A stretch of 64,000 nucleotides of DNA. Origin: Camelus dromedarius (Eukaryota). A model generated the notes under the pieces. It searched no databases. It was not told the origin of the DNA and saw nothing but the letters and a program-made list of their open reading frames with translations. Positions 1-12,915 of the stretch are shown piece by piece. Location: contig NC_087436.1 of NCBI RefSeq assembly GCF_036321535.1, positions 76,634,001 through 76,698,000 on the forward strand. Direction: 5' to 3'. How positions within the stretch are numbered: position 1 is the first letter of the stretch; each line of letters begins with the position of its first letter. The translations under genes were made by a program, and so were the position numbers.

Positions 1-1774
1 AGATAGTGAGGGAAACTAATCCTAGAGTGTTTTCAGAATCCTCGAGACCAGGCACCTAATCTATCGGGGACAGAGTCGAATTTTATTCATACTGCTCACT
101 GACGTAAAAACGTAAATGACATGCAAACTGCTTCACAGTGTGCTCAGCTGATGATTGTTTCCCAGAACTGCCTCCTAAAGACCCATTCAGTCAGTCTCAG
201 GAACATCCTAAGGAAGCTGACCACTTCCTTGATTGGGAGATTTACAAGGCAGTAGGTTTCTCTCCACCTCCCTGTACATATAGGTCCATGGAGGACAACA
301 AACTGAAATGATCCTCCTTCCCTGGAACCAATATGGAGGCAACGTGAAGTACAGGCAAATCCCCTGAGTCCTAAATGGCCTTCACCAGACATGTCCTAAT
401 GAAGCAAAGTTAAAAATCAGTAATAAATTAATGAGAATGTGCCTCTTAGTGGCAATCATCCATCCATTCCCTCTTAGAGCACCTTTTAATTATTGTTACT
501 AATGACAGAGTTTGGGGGTCACTGATTTCAGAAAAGAAGAAAACTTTTCTGCTTTTGAGGCAGTAATGTGCAGCCTCTACATTCTGCATGTTTGGAATAA
601 TCAACATTTATTACTTGTGCTTGTTTCTTTTTTAAATGCTGAGTGATGACATTGCTGAAAAGACACTTACTAAGTTTGCCTTTTTCCTTCAGAAGGAGAC
701 TGTCATTTGGGGCCGTTCATCACGTGTAGATGATGACGAGAGGAATCTGCCCTCCCCATCTCCTTGGTCTTCACAGGGTACCTCAGGGGTCTCCAGGGAG
801 TCACAGAGGTGCGGATGAAAATGCTGTTCTCTCCATTTCCCATCTTTCTGTTAACTGGGCTTATGCCGAATTTATGCAGAGAATCATTCAGTCTTGCTGG
901 TGATCTTCACAGCTGCTGGCCAATGCAGACCCCTTAAACATCTCTATGAACCTCTAAAATCTGCTTAGAAATTTGTCAGAATGACACACGTTGGCAGCAA
1001 TTTCATTTCACAAAGAATCATGGAGTGAATATGCTGCCCACTCTTCCTCCCTCCTTTTCCTTCCTTCCCATCAAACCCGTGGCACATGCCAAATGGGGTG
1101 ACATTCTGGGGTTACCTCTTGTAAAACGTAACTTCAAGTTTTGAAAGTATATTTAATTTAATGTGTCTCAAAGCAAATGAAGAACAATCAATATGAGTCA
1201 GTAGCCTGTCATCATTTTTGTAGGAACCAAGCTGTAACTGGGAAATAGAGGCCACGGTCACCCCACTGGACAGCGACAGAGCGCAGAACAGAAGCCAGTG
1301 TTCCAGAGCTCTCTGGCCATCGATGGCAAGTGCATGCCCGCTGCTGTCCTGTGCTCTCGCTTCAGCCACCTGATCCATCTGGTCTCTCCTCTGGCCTCAA
1401 ACTTCCAGATTCAGAAATAGTGGAGGGTGCAGAAAAGCAATCAAAGAAAAACAGACAGGTGTATTTTAGTAGCAACTTATGAGAAACTATGGGTTCATCA
1501 CTTTGTGAATTGCTGTCCTGACTCTGGCACCCTCCTTCCCACTTAATAAAGGAGGAATAAATTACAGACAATGCTAGAGAACTCATGATTAATAAAATTA
1601 GAAGTATAAAAACAGCTTTATATTTTTAAGGATTTTGCTGAGCTTTACGTTTTCAACGCTTCTCCCAGTGGTACCTACTTCAAGACCACAATGTAGAATC
1701 TATCACTCAAGAGAAATTAATATTGCCATAGTTTTTAACAATTTTGAGTGGAGAAAGACTGTAGGGCTGTATAC

Positions 1775-1980
1775 ATTATTGAAGTATAGTTGATTTACAA
1801 TATTTTGCTAGCTTCAGGTGTACAGCAAAGTGATTCAGATACACACACACACACACACATATACATACATTCTTTTTTATTCTTTTCCATTACAGTTTAT
1901 TACAAGATTTTAAATATAGTTCCCTGTGCTCTACTATAAAGCCTTGTGGTTTATCTATTTTATATGTGGTAGTGTGCATC
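1775..1980 (-). mobile_element. L1 3' end, cetartiodactyl type, containing a (CA)n microsatellite
   Basis: ttattgaagtatagttgatttacaatatt…ttcaggtgtacagcaaagtgattcag…atatagttccctgtgct is the characteristic antisense L1 3'UTR of artiodactyls. (CA)n at ~1841-1868. Confidence 0.85.
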
Positions 1981-3519
1981 AGGATTAACATTTTTTAATG
2001 AATCACAGTGGTCAGTATGCACCGCTTTCTTTAGCGATTATTCTTGGCAGAGTGAAATATCAAACCCAGTTCGATGTGAAAATTCCCCAACAGAATGAAG
2101 GTTAGAATTGAATACAGGCAGCAAACTTGTGACAGAACGTTGTTCATTCAGATTTTCATAACTAAAGTGCATATGTTGTCAGCAGATTTAGTGTGCACTT
2201 CTCAGTCCTTATGACAAGGCAGGCCGGCAAGACTCAGCCCCATCTTCTCATTTCACTAATTCTCATCTTTAGTCTAAACTTGAAAACTGAACCATCTAAG
2301 TTCCCCAGAGGGTTTTGCAAGAAATGAACTCTTACTTGAATTAGCATCACTTCTGCAATGTTTTCTAAACAGGCTAATGCAGCCTCCCTCCTTTGAGGAG
2401 AAACCCTTTCAGGGGCAAAAAACATTGCAATTGAACACATCCAGTCTTAAAAGTATCACTGATAGTGAAGTTCAGCAAAATTTCTTTCAACTGATTCGAC
2501 TTTGACAGGTCGTCCACATAGACAGCAAGCCCAAAGTTCCTCTCCCTCTTCACCGGACCAGAACATCTTATTGCCACCGGTTACTAGGCTGTGAGGCCAT
2601 GAGGCTGGTGAAAGCTACCTTTGTTTCTTTACATACCCATATGTTTTTAAAAATATTTTTCCCATTTAAAAACTTTATCATTTTATTGTCTAGAAATCCT
2701 AGAGGTCTTGAGAAGAAAGACACAAATTTAAGGCACTGTGGTTTGGATAATAAATTGGTAGCAACCATTATAAGGGCTGCCTGAATTAATTACTCGGGGT
2801 TTACCTGCCTGGCAGATTTGTGAGTTAGATTTTGTTTCAGTTTCATCATTATTTATGCTACTCAGAGAAACAAGTAACTCCCCCATTTTTGCCGTATGTT
2901 TTTTTTCTTAATGCAACATTTATCTCTTGGCCAATGGGGAGAAAATAATACTTCTATTGATGTGACCCAGAATGAAGGGGGAAAACCAGGAGAAGATATA
3001 GCTCATACATGACTTTGCTGATTCAAGTTTCTCTGATTAAAATATAGTTGACAGCATACTTTCATCCCATGCTTTGCGTGATGTCTCTCTGTCCTCAAAA
3101 GAGAACTGGAATTGCTTCCGCTAATTTAAGTCCCAATGATCTATTGCTCTTTAATATTAACAGTCAGTGCTAGTTTGCCTCTTGCAGCACAAGCAGCTTC
3201 GGCTCCAAAACCCAAGGTCTAAAGACTGCAGTCATTGATCTAATGAGCCCCAGGAGGACCTAGGGTAGCTCAGCCCATTAAGCAAGCTGAGCCTCAAGCA
3301 AGGGCTGCTGAAAGTTGAATTGAAACTGCCAAAATCCCCCTTTGTGGAGTTTTGTTATGAGTCGTAAAACTCACTTCCTCCATGGCAAATCCAACAGTAT
3401 TTGTTAATTGTGTCTCTGCTCCGTGCCATAAGCTTCACCTCACCAGAGCATCTGCTTGGGCTTCATCTCGTTGCTAATGATCATTTTCTACTTTCCAGTC
3501 ACTAATTTTTAAGAAGCAC

Positions 3520-3720
3520 CAGTGTGATATAGTGAAAATACACCCTTAAAGAGGTATCACGAGACTTGACTTCTGTTCCCGTTCTTGCCAATAACTATCC
3601 AGGTAACATTGAGAAAGTCATTTGACCTCTGAACTCCAGTTTCCTCATCTGCAAAACAGAGGTGGGGTTGGGGGAGGATGCACAAGATGACACAAGGGTC
3701 CCCCTCACATTAAAATTCCA
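3520..3720 (+). mobile_element. MIR SINE
   Basis: MIR core-like aagtcatttgacctctgaactccagtttcctcatctgcaaaa. Confidence 0.7.
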
Positions 3721-3894
3721 GTTACACTTCCTTATAAAGAAAGGACTTTATTTCTACTTTTTAAACATAACTTTTGGTGAAACTGGATGATTTTCTACAA
3801 CTTTTAAAATATTGATTATATCTCTCAGTTACAAAATCCTGGGAAAACTCTTTAAAATTGGAGGAAACCTGAAACAATGTAAAAAAATCTCTGA

Positions 3895-3977
3895 AAAGAA
3901 ATGTATATATATAAATGAATCACTATGCTGTACACCAAAAATTAACACAACATTGTAAATCGACTATACTTCTATTG
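3895..3977 (+). mobile_element. Very short 5'-truncated L1 3' end with TSD
   Basis: gaatcactatgctgtacaccaaaaattaacacaacattgtaaatcgactatacttc, flanked by aaaaaatctctga (3882-3894) and aacaaatccctga (3978-3990). Confidence 0.8.
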
Positions 3978-4189
3978 AACAAATCCCTGAGTTTCTCAGC
4001 ACCCTAGCTGATACGATTCTCTAGCAGTGCAAAAAATAATTTAAACCTTTATTAGTCGCTTCTTAAAAATCTGGATTTGCTAGAACTTGGTTTCATTTTG
4101 TTTGTTTTGCAGCACCTCAACTACCCAAATATGGTCTTTATTTTCCAAATGTGGAAAATAAAACACAACAGGTTTGGAACCTGGAGTCT

Positions 4190-4940
4190 CTTTCAGCCTC
4201 TTTTCTGTGACCGCTTTGCAGGCTCTGACACCGTCCACTTTCCCCTTAAACGCACTCTTCTCATCGGGCTTCTGTGACACTATTTCTGGGTTTTCTCTCC
4301 CTCTGTGACCGTTCCTGACTTTTCACTGGATCCTCTTCTGCTCACCTCTACATGGGAGAGTTTTCCCCAAGTTCCATTCTCAATCCCCCCATTTTAATCT
4401 CTCTAAATGTGTCCCATTAGCAACCTCTTTTACTCCAACATACACATAATAATTTTCAAAGTCATTACTCTGTCTAAAAAATCTCTAGTGACTCACCATT
4501 ACTTCTGTTGATCAAGTTTAGATTACTTAACAAGGCACAGGTGGTCCCAGGCTACCTTTGTAGAATCATCTCCATCTCTCTCTGACATGAACACTTTGTT
4601 CTCTAGCGCCATTCCATGAGCCCTCAAGGACTTTCAAGTTTCTCTTCCTTTGCCTACATTATTAACTCCTCTTGGAATGTCTTTATCTCCCTCCTTCTGT
4701 TCATCTTATATGAATGTTCTGTTTCTTTTTAAAGTCTCAGCTCACAGTCCCTTTTCTCTCTGCAGCCTTACTGACCCAACAGGCAACATGAATTGCTCCA
4801 CACTCCCCGGACCCCAGTCACTTCCATGTGTTCCTATAGGGTATTTCCATGCCCTTCTGTAGTAGGTATTGCGTATCTGGTTAATTAACCTGTATTTTGT
4901 AGAGAAAACCGGAAAGCAACTCTACTCATTTTACCACTGT
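4190..4940 (+). mobile_element. L2 LINE fragments
   Basis: Pyrimidine-rich L2-like text (tctgacaccgtccacttcccctt…gggcttctgtgacactatttctgggttttctctcc; cctttgcctacatt…tcctcttggaatg). Confidence 0.6.
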
Positions 4941-5376
4941 CCCTTCAAGCTGACTTTGTTGACTTGTTCTTCCTGGACTCTGGATTAACTCTTAGGTGGA
5001 TCCCATTATTTTTCTCATCTTTTATCATATGGGGAAAAGCTCGGTGCTATTTACTATTTTTAAAAATCTTTACTCTGTTATCCAATTTAAAGCGTTTCTT
5101 CTCCTCTGGCTTAGGCCTGGCCCAGCCTCAGAAACCTGGGGGTAGAGGGGGACTTTGGTCACATTCTTCCTGTCCCATGTACTGTCTCCTCCCAACCTGT
5201 TGGGTGCTGTTTCAAGCCCAGCCAGACCAAGCAAGGGAGGTGGGAGTACATAAAAAGAGTAAAATCTTTGTTGCCTTTCTGGTTTTAATCTGGGGTTAAT
5301 CTCCTTGAATGTGGCACGTGACAAGAAATGAATTCTTTCTCTTATAGAAAATTTTCATCTGTAAATGGAAACCATC

Positions 5377-5738
5377 TGTCTTAGTTAGCTCTGGCAGCCA
5401 TAACAAAATTTCATAGTTTGCTGGCAAACAACAGAAATTCATTGTCTCACAGTGATGGCGGCTAGAAGTCTAAGACCAAGATGCCAACATGGTTGGTTTT
5501 TGGTGAGACATCTCTTCCTAGCCTGTAAATGACTTTCTTGTTTGTGTGTCTTCCCATTGGAGAGAAGAGAGAATACTTTCTAGTGTGCCTCTTATAAGGG
5601 CACTAATCTCATCATGAGGGCCCCAACTTCAGGATCTCATCTAAACCTAATTATCTCCCCAAAACCCATCTCCAAATACCATTTGGAGTTAGAGTTGCAA
5701 TAGATGAATTTTAGGGGGACACAATTCAGTCCATAGCA
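5377..5738 (-). mobile_element. MaLR solo LTR, MLT1A/MLT1A0-like
   Basis: TG…CA termini (tgtcttagttag…cagtccatagca), 5-bp TSD ccatc/ccatt, and hallmark cttataagggcactaatctcatcatgagggcccc. Confidence 0.9.
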
Positions 5739-6279
5739 CCATTGTTGCTATTAACCATTCACTAAGGATTTCCTGGTATGGGAAATATTCTTTACAGCTG
5801 AATGTTCTTGGTAGCCCTTCAGCCCCTGGCTTTCAGCAGTCCATTCCACATAGACTGTCTGTTGCCCCTCCAGACAGGGATCAATTTCAAGTTCTGTCCT
5901 TTAAGGGCTCAATAAGCCCCCTGGGAAAATTCACAGTATTCTTTCTTTTCCTGTAATATTCTCTTTTCTTCCACTATCAGGTTATTAACCTTCAGACATC
6001 TTCATGTGAAAGTATCCTTCATCCTCTCCCACCCCATATTGAGGAATCTGAGAAGGTCCCTGAAACTACTGGGCTTGGAGGCTGGGGAAGGAATCCCCTT
6101 CCCAGGAGGTGATTGAAGAAAAGTACAGTACATTGGTGATTCTTTCTCTTTTTTTGAAACTCCTAATCTTCAGTAATATATTCTTAGGGCAAAGCACCCA
6201 GATAAAGTATGCTTCATTTTTTTCAAGCAACTGAGATTCTAGCCAAAATTTTGTGGCTGGAATGTAAGTAGTAGAGAGA

Positions 6280-7065
6280 AGAGTCACAGACAATGAGATC
6301 AGACAGGTAAGCAAGACAGATCACATAGAGTCTTGGAGGTTATGGTGAAGAGCTGTTTTTTATGCAAAATGTAATGGATAAGCTTTGGAGGTTTTTGAGC
6401 AGGGAAGTGATATGAGCAACATACTGAGATTTACATTTTAAAGATGTTCCTCTAGCTGGCATATAGAGAATTTATTAGATAGGGGAACGAGTGGAAGCCA
6501 GGACATCAGATGTCAGGCTTCCAAGTAATCCAGGCAAGAGATGTAAGCGATTTGGCTTAGAATGACAGCAGGAAGAAGAAATAAAGAAGATGGACATGAA
6601 GTATGGTTTGGAAGAAAGTTGAGAGGATGTGCTAAAGGATTGATTGTGGAGGATGAGGGGACAGAGATTAAGAGTGACTTCTATTTTGGGGGATGGATGA
6701 GGGTGGTATTACCTAATATGGAAAGTATTGAACTAAGAGTAAGTTTTGCTTTTGCTTTTGTTTTCTGATCTGTGTTTGAGGGCAGAAGGGATTACAGAGT
6801 TCTATTTAGGTTACATTAAATTTGAGGGATTTATTACTTTGAGTGGAGATGTCAAAAGGCAAATCAGCAAATATTTAAATTTGAAACTCAGTGGTCATGA
6901 CTAGAGACAGAAATTTAGTTGCCATGGGTATATACAGGGATTTAAAGCCCAAAGACTGAATGGAAGCACCTAGAGAGAGAAAAGTGAAGGAGAAGAGGGG
7001 CCCAGGACCAAGGAAGATGTGGGTAATTGGCATTAAGGGAGGAGGGGTGAGCAAAGAGACCATGA
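6280..7065 (-). mobile_element. L2 LINE
   Basis: ttggaggtttttgagcagggaagtgatatg…agatttacattttaaagat…taatccaggcaagagatg…aaatttgagggat: antisense L2. Confidence 0.8.
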
Positions 7066-7334
7066 AGAATCAGAATACATCTTACTCAATAACGTCTTAG
7101 CATTTTAAGTATATAAATAATGAAAGAGAACCCTGTCCGTCAACCATTTCTCACCTGAGAATCTAAAACAGCAAGACCTAAGAGAAAATTGTCTAATTCG
7201 TAATTCAATAGGTAATTATTTGAAAATGTTTAAAAAATTTGGAGAAATTTCTCATAATGCTGGTATTATGGAATTGGACTCATATGTATCACTTAACCAC
7301 AATAGGCCGTGATCACATATGAACGTTCATATGC

Positions 7335-7560
7335 AGAGGTTAGGAGCATAGGCTTTTAAGCACAGACCTTCACTTTTTAGTTGTGAGATTCTGAGCAGGT
7401 TACTTGACTTCTCTGAACCCCAGCATTTTCATCTGTGAAATGGAGATGATAATAATAGGACCTATCTCACAAGACTAATCGGAGGGTTAAAAGATTTAAT
7501 AGATGTAAATACTTAGAACAATGCCTACAACATAATAGCTCTGAAATAAATATCAGCTGT
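7335..7560 (+). mobile_element. MIR SINE
   Basis: gcaggttacttgacttctctgaaccccagcattttcatctgtgaaatggagatgataata…gtaaatacttagaacaatgcct. Confidence 0.85.
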
Positions 7561-9224
7561 GAGCACCACATGTCGTTGTCATCTTCTGGGAGTCTGAGCC
7601 ATCTACAGGATATCCAGATTAATGGAGAAATGAGTGATAGTTTTCTAGACTCAAGCATGAACTGAGAATTACGTTTATTATGTCCTGGAGAGAACTGGTT
7701 GTGAATCAGGTAGAAACAGGTTTTTCCTATGATTCTGACACTTACCAGAATTACAGCTTTGGAAAAGTCATTTAAATCATGGGGCCCCCGTTGTCCAATT
7801 TAAAGAGTGGAGAAGTGGAAGGATTAAAACTTCTTAATGGTTTTCTGTAAATTTTATAATTTTTAAATTTTCTTCATTTCTCATTTCACATGGTTTTCTT
7901 TCTTTTGAGTCTACACGTGGATGGAATTCAGTGTAAAATGGGGTTAAATTCTTCACTTAAAGTCTGTGCATAATTAGTTTTTAAGGATCTTGAGATTCTA
8001 GGGAATAACAGTTACTTTTTTGGTTATTTTCGTAGATTACAGATAACAAAGGTCCAATATAACTGTGACTATAAATCTATCCAGATATCATGCCAAGAAG
8101 CTAGTGCAAGCTATTTAGGAAAACTCTTACTTCAGTTGAGTTTGAGGTAATTTATTTTGTCTATCACTCATTTGTAAGATGTCTTTTAGGCAAATATATA
8201 GTGATTTCAATATATCTAGTTTAAAATTGATAAATATCAAACTATTCATTTGAAACTTCACATTCAGGGAGTGTTTTTTTTGGATCTTAAGTTTGAATAT
8301 AAAGTTTTATTTTGTTGAAGACATACACAAAGTGTAATTTAATGTGTAAATATTATGAGATCAAAACATTTAAACTAACATTAATTTTTTTCCCTCTTCA
8401 AACATACCAAAGATAAACTTCATGGAGGAAAATAGTTTGGGATATTTGACAGTGTTGCTTGGTTATGATCAGACATTTGGGTACTAAGTCACCCAGCCGT
8501 CTGAAGACCTTGCATCTAACTAACTACAGACGGCAAAACTGTTTCCCTCCTTCTTATTAACAACGGGGTCTTTTACCTAGAGATTTCAGAACAAAAGGTA
8601 AGAAAGACAGTTAATTATAGCCCAGGCCTCACATGCAGAGTTAATGAATTTTAATGCACATCAATTAATATCTAATTGGGTTTTTGCCTGACTATAGATA
8701 GAGGTATTGGGTGATGAGAAGAAAAGAGGCCCTATTTTAATTGAAATACAACAGTCATTCTTCTATGGCTTTGTGTCACTGGTTCTCCTTGTCTTTAAGT
8801 CAAAATCAGAAATAAAAATCTGAAGCTTCTAAAGACTTACACATGGCTTATCAAATAAGGCACATATAAAATTCTTTATAACTCTGTATAATGCAATGCT
8901 GTTTCAAAGCATTTATATGATGTATAGGTAAGATGGATATTATATTTTAATTTCTAAAATAAATACAAGATAAAAAGAAAATAAATAAAGAAAATATATA
9001 GAGAGAGAAGGTAGAAGAGCTCAGAAGGTTTAAATTCTCAGTTTGTGAAATTGAAACAGATAAAAGACTCTGAGTCTTATGACTCTAACTCCAGTTCCCT
9101 CTCACCACAACATAAAACACCATCCAAATTCAATATAACATCAAAGAACAAAGACACGCAGTCAAGCTAGAGTAATCACGTTTGTATGACATTGGGTTAA
9201 GGATGCTTAACCATATCGATGAAA

Positions 9225-9862
9225 AGAATAAGGAGCACAGCACGTATATATGTGGCCAACTGTTTCTTAACAAAGGTAACAACATAATTCAGTGGGAGAC
9301 GGAATACTTTTCAACAGGTGCTGCTGGGAACAACTACATGAATATTCAGAAAAAAAATTTAACCTTTATTTCTACTTTGCACCACACACAAAAATTAATT
9401 TGAGATGGATCATAGACTTAAACATGAAATCTAAAATCATGAAGCTCCTGTAAGAAAATAATAAGAGAAAATTTTTGTTATTGATCTAGGCAAAAAGACA
9501 CAAAAAACAAGAACCACAAAAATTGGTAAGCTGATTTCATATAAATGAAAAACTTCTCTTCATCAATAATTAAAAAACAAAAAGGCAAGTCATAGCCAAG
9601 GAGGAGATATTTGCAATGCATCTATATAACAAAGGCTTATATCCAAAATATGTAATGAGTACTTACAAATCAATAATAAATAGACCAAAAAAACAACTAA
9701 GCACTGTGTAAAAAACTTGAGCATAAAAATCTTTCAACTACACTATATACAAATGGCTGATAACCATAGAAAATGATGCTTAATATCATTAGCCATCAAA
9801 AAATTCAACTGAAAAACACAATGAGATGCCACTTCACTTCCATTAAAATAGATATAGTAAGA
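9225..9862 (+). mobile_element. Old L1M, ORF2 3' portion (host element, part 1)
   Basis: tttcaacaggtgctgctgggaacaact…ccacacacaaaaattaatttgagatggatcatagacttaaac…cacaatgagatgccacttcac. Confidence 0.8.
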
Positions 9863-9864
9863 AC

Positions 9865-12280
9865 ATAGGTAAACTTCCTGTTTCATCTCAGAGATGCTGC
9901 TCTCTAGCAGTAAAGAACGTTGATATCACCCTTACCAAAACAAAACAAAAAACTTCTCAAACTTCAAATTAATGACTTTTTCTTGAATCTATCAGAAACC
10001 TTTAACTTCAGGGAAAAAAATTCCCAGATAAAAAGGAACCAAGCATTTGTATACCTGAGTCAAATGCCACCATGTGCCATGTAAGCCTGTAAAAAGAGTC
10101 AGTTAAAATTTCTGAATGAATTACTAAAGGCCAAATACATATTGATGAGCAAGTATAAAGTCATTTGTGGCTGCATGTATAGGGGAGTCTATGCCCTTTA
10201 ATATATTTTTCCTCCATGAACCACACGAGGTCCTCACTGAGAAAACTGTGTAGATTCCTGAGAACAATTCCCTCATGACACTCATCAGGGGAGGGGAACT
10301 GCAACCACCATCAAAACGCCACCCAAGCCCATGTCCCTGACTCCCCTATAGGGAGACAGTCCGCAGGGAGAAAAGCCACAAAACTCTTGCTTAGGACACT
10401 GTTGGAAACCTGTTAAAGCTAGAGAAAAGAGAAACAGGAAAAGTTAAGTTCTACCTTTGGGGAAGGGGCAGGAATGTGCGCTAAGCAAAGTTATATGTAC
10501 TATAGCTGGAGCAAGGGCAGGAACACTTGTGAAGGTCACACCACTCTGAGACCCAGGTTCATCCTGCCTAAGAATGAAGTTGAATTAATAACATCAGAGA
10601 GCATCTCTCTCCACCTCCCATCACCATGCCAACGAGTGCTGATAATTTTAACAGTGGGATAGAGCTGGGGAGCTATACTCTCTCTGGGAAGAAGATACTG
10701 GAGAAAAAGCTCTAGAAAACCCACCCACACCCTAAACCTAGAGGAATTTGAAGCCTGTGCTACAAACTGCAAATCCAGCCCATCTCCTGAGCATATTAAC
10801 ATAGTCCTCCACACTACAAGCCTAGCATAAGGATAGGCATACACATATCGAAATATAAAAATGCATTAAGATCAGTATCTACTGTGCTATAAAATATATC
10901 CGGCTTTAAAAAAAATTACAAAGCATATGAAAATGAAAAAAAAGTTTAAAAAGACAAAGTAATCATCAGAACTAGAGTCAAATATATGATATCAATGTGG
11001 AAATATCAAAGAATTTAAAGTAACTATAATTAATATGTTAATGACTCAATGAAAAGGTATACCACATGTAAGATCAGATATTTTTATGAGAAAAATAGAA
11101 ACTACAACAATCAAATGGAAATGCTAGAAATATTAAACACAAAAACAAAGATAAAGACACCTTCAGTGGACTCTCTACAACCATGGACTTTACACAACCA
11201 AGGAAAGGATCAGTGAACTCACAGATAAGTCAATAAAAATTGCCCAATCTGAAAACCAAGGAGAAAAAAGTGAAAATGGGGGAAGCACCCATGAATTGTG
11301 GGATTGTATCAAACAGTCTGATATGTGAATAATTAGAATCCTAGAAGGAAAAGAGCAAATGATGCCAAAGTATTTCTTGAAAAAATAACGGCTGAAAATC
11401 TTCCAAAATTAATGACAAGACACTAAACCACAGATACAAGGAGCTCAGAAAAGCATGGAGTTTGGGAGTGGGGGAAGGGAACACCTATCATATCCAGTTC
11501 AAATTGCTAAAAACCAAAGACAAAAAGAAACTCTTAGAATCAGGGAAGAAAGACATAGTACCTACAGAGAAACAATGATAAGAATTATGGTAGACTTCTC
11601 ATTAGAAACATGCAAGAAAATACACAGTGGAGTAGTATCTTTCAAGTGCTGGAGGAAAAAGAAAGATGGTCGGTCAGATTCCAGACCCAGTAGTGCATAA
11701 TCCAAAAATTAAGGAGAAATAAATATTTTCTCAAACAAGCAAAAAATTATGATCTCATAAAAATTCATGAATTTATTGTTAGCAGGCTACCTTGGAAAGA
11801 AATATTCAGGGAAGTTCTTCAGGCAGAAAAAAATGTAAGAAAATTAAATTTATACAAAATATGAAGAGCATTGGAAAAGGAATAAATTAAATAAATTAAG
11901 TGTATGTTTTTCTTAACTTTTGCTGCTCTAGAGATAACTGTTTGGAGCAAAAGATGGTTAACAGTGTATTGCCTGTTCATAGCATATGTAAAAATTAAAA
12001 TATATGACACTGTACAGCAAAGGATGAGGGGAAGGAATTCGGAATACATTGTTACAAGGTCCTTACCACGTGTGGGGTGGTGTCATATTATTTGAACATA
12101 AACTCAGTCTCATCAAGACAGACAATACTCTGTGCTATAAAACAAACTTTACCATCTGTGAAAGAAAATAATTCACACAGAATCTGTTCTAAGGTCATAA
12201 TGGATTCAAACCAGAAGTCAGTAACAGAAACAGATCTAGAAAATTCTCCAATATTTGAAAATTAAACAACACACATCTGA
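9865..12280 (+). mobile_element. L1M 5'UTR/ORF1/inter-ORF segment nested in an older L1
   Basis: ORF 11455-11700 contains L1 ORF1p-like IREERHSTYRETMIRIMVDFSLET. gctgaaaatcttccaaaattaatga…aaaccacagatacaagg is ORF1-like. Short ORF2 endonuclease-like piece at ~12110-12280. Confidence 0.75.
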
Positions 12281-12915
12281 AAAGACTGAAGACGCAGAAT
12301 GTTGGCAAGGCTGTGGAGCAGACGGATCCCTTTTATGTGATGATGGTGACGGTGCAAACTGACCCACACTTGGAGAACTGTTTGGCAGTTCTTAAACATA
12401 CACCTTTCATATGACCTGGCACTTCAACTCCCAGTATTTACCCAAAGGAAATCAAAACATAGGTCCATGTAAAACTTATAAAAGTGTTTATATTGTAGCT
12501 TTATTAATAATAGTTCCAAACTGGAAACAATCTAGAGGTGTACCAAAAGAAGGGAAGATACATAAATCACTGCATATCACACAGTGTAATACTACTGAGT
12601 AATAAAAGCAGAGTGACCTACTGATACATGCAACTAGAGAGATGAATCTCAAAAATCTATTTTAAAAAAACTAGCATAAATAAATACATGCTGGGTAGTT
12701 CCATTGAAGTTCAAGAACATACCAAACTATTAGTGATGGAAATAGAAGAGTGTTTGCCTATGGATGAGAGAGACTGATGCAGTGGAGGATGAGGAAACAT
12801 TCTGGGTCATAGCAGTGTTCTTTGGGGTGTTATGTTTGTGTGAATTTGTCAAAACTCATTAAAGTACACACTTACTAGCTGTGACTCTAACTCTATGTAA
12901 ACTTTACCCAAAATA
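12281..12915 (+). mobile_element. Old L1M 3' end (host element, part 2)
   Basis: aaagactga…gaatgttggcaaggctgtggagcag…ccaaactggaaacaatc…gatgaatctcaaaa…tttgtcaaaactcattaaagtacacactta. Confidence 0.8.

Noticed and set aside
680..783. Possible exon after ttttccttcag (ORF 636-818)
   Set aside because: The donor is weak (AGG/GTACCT), no protein is recognisable and there are no supporting neighbouring exons.
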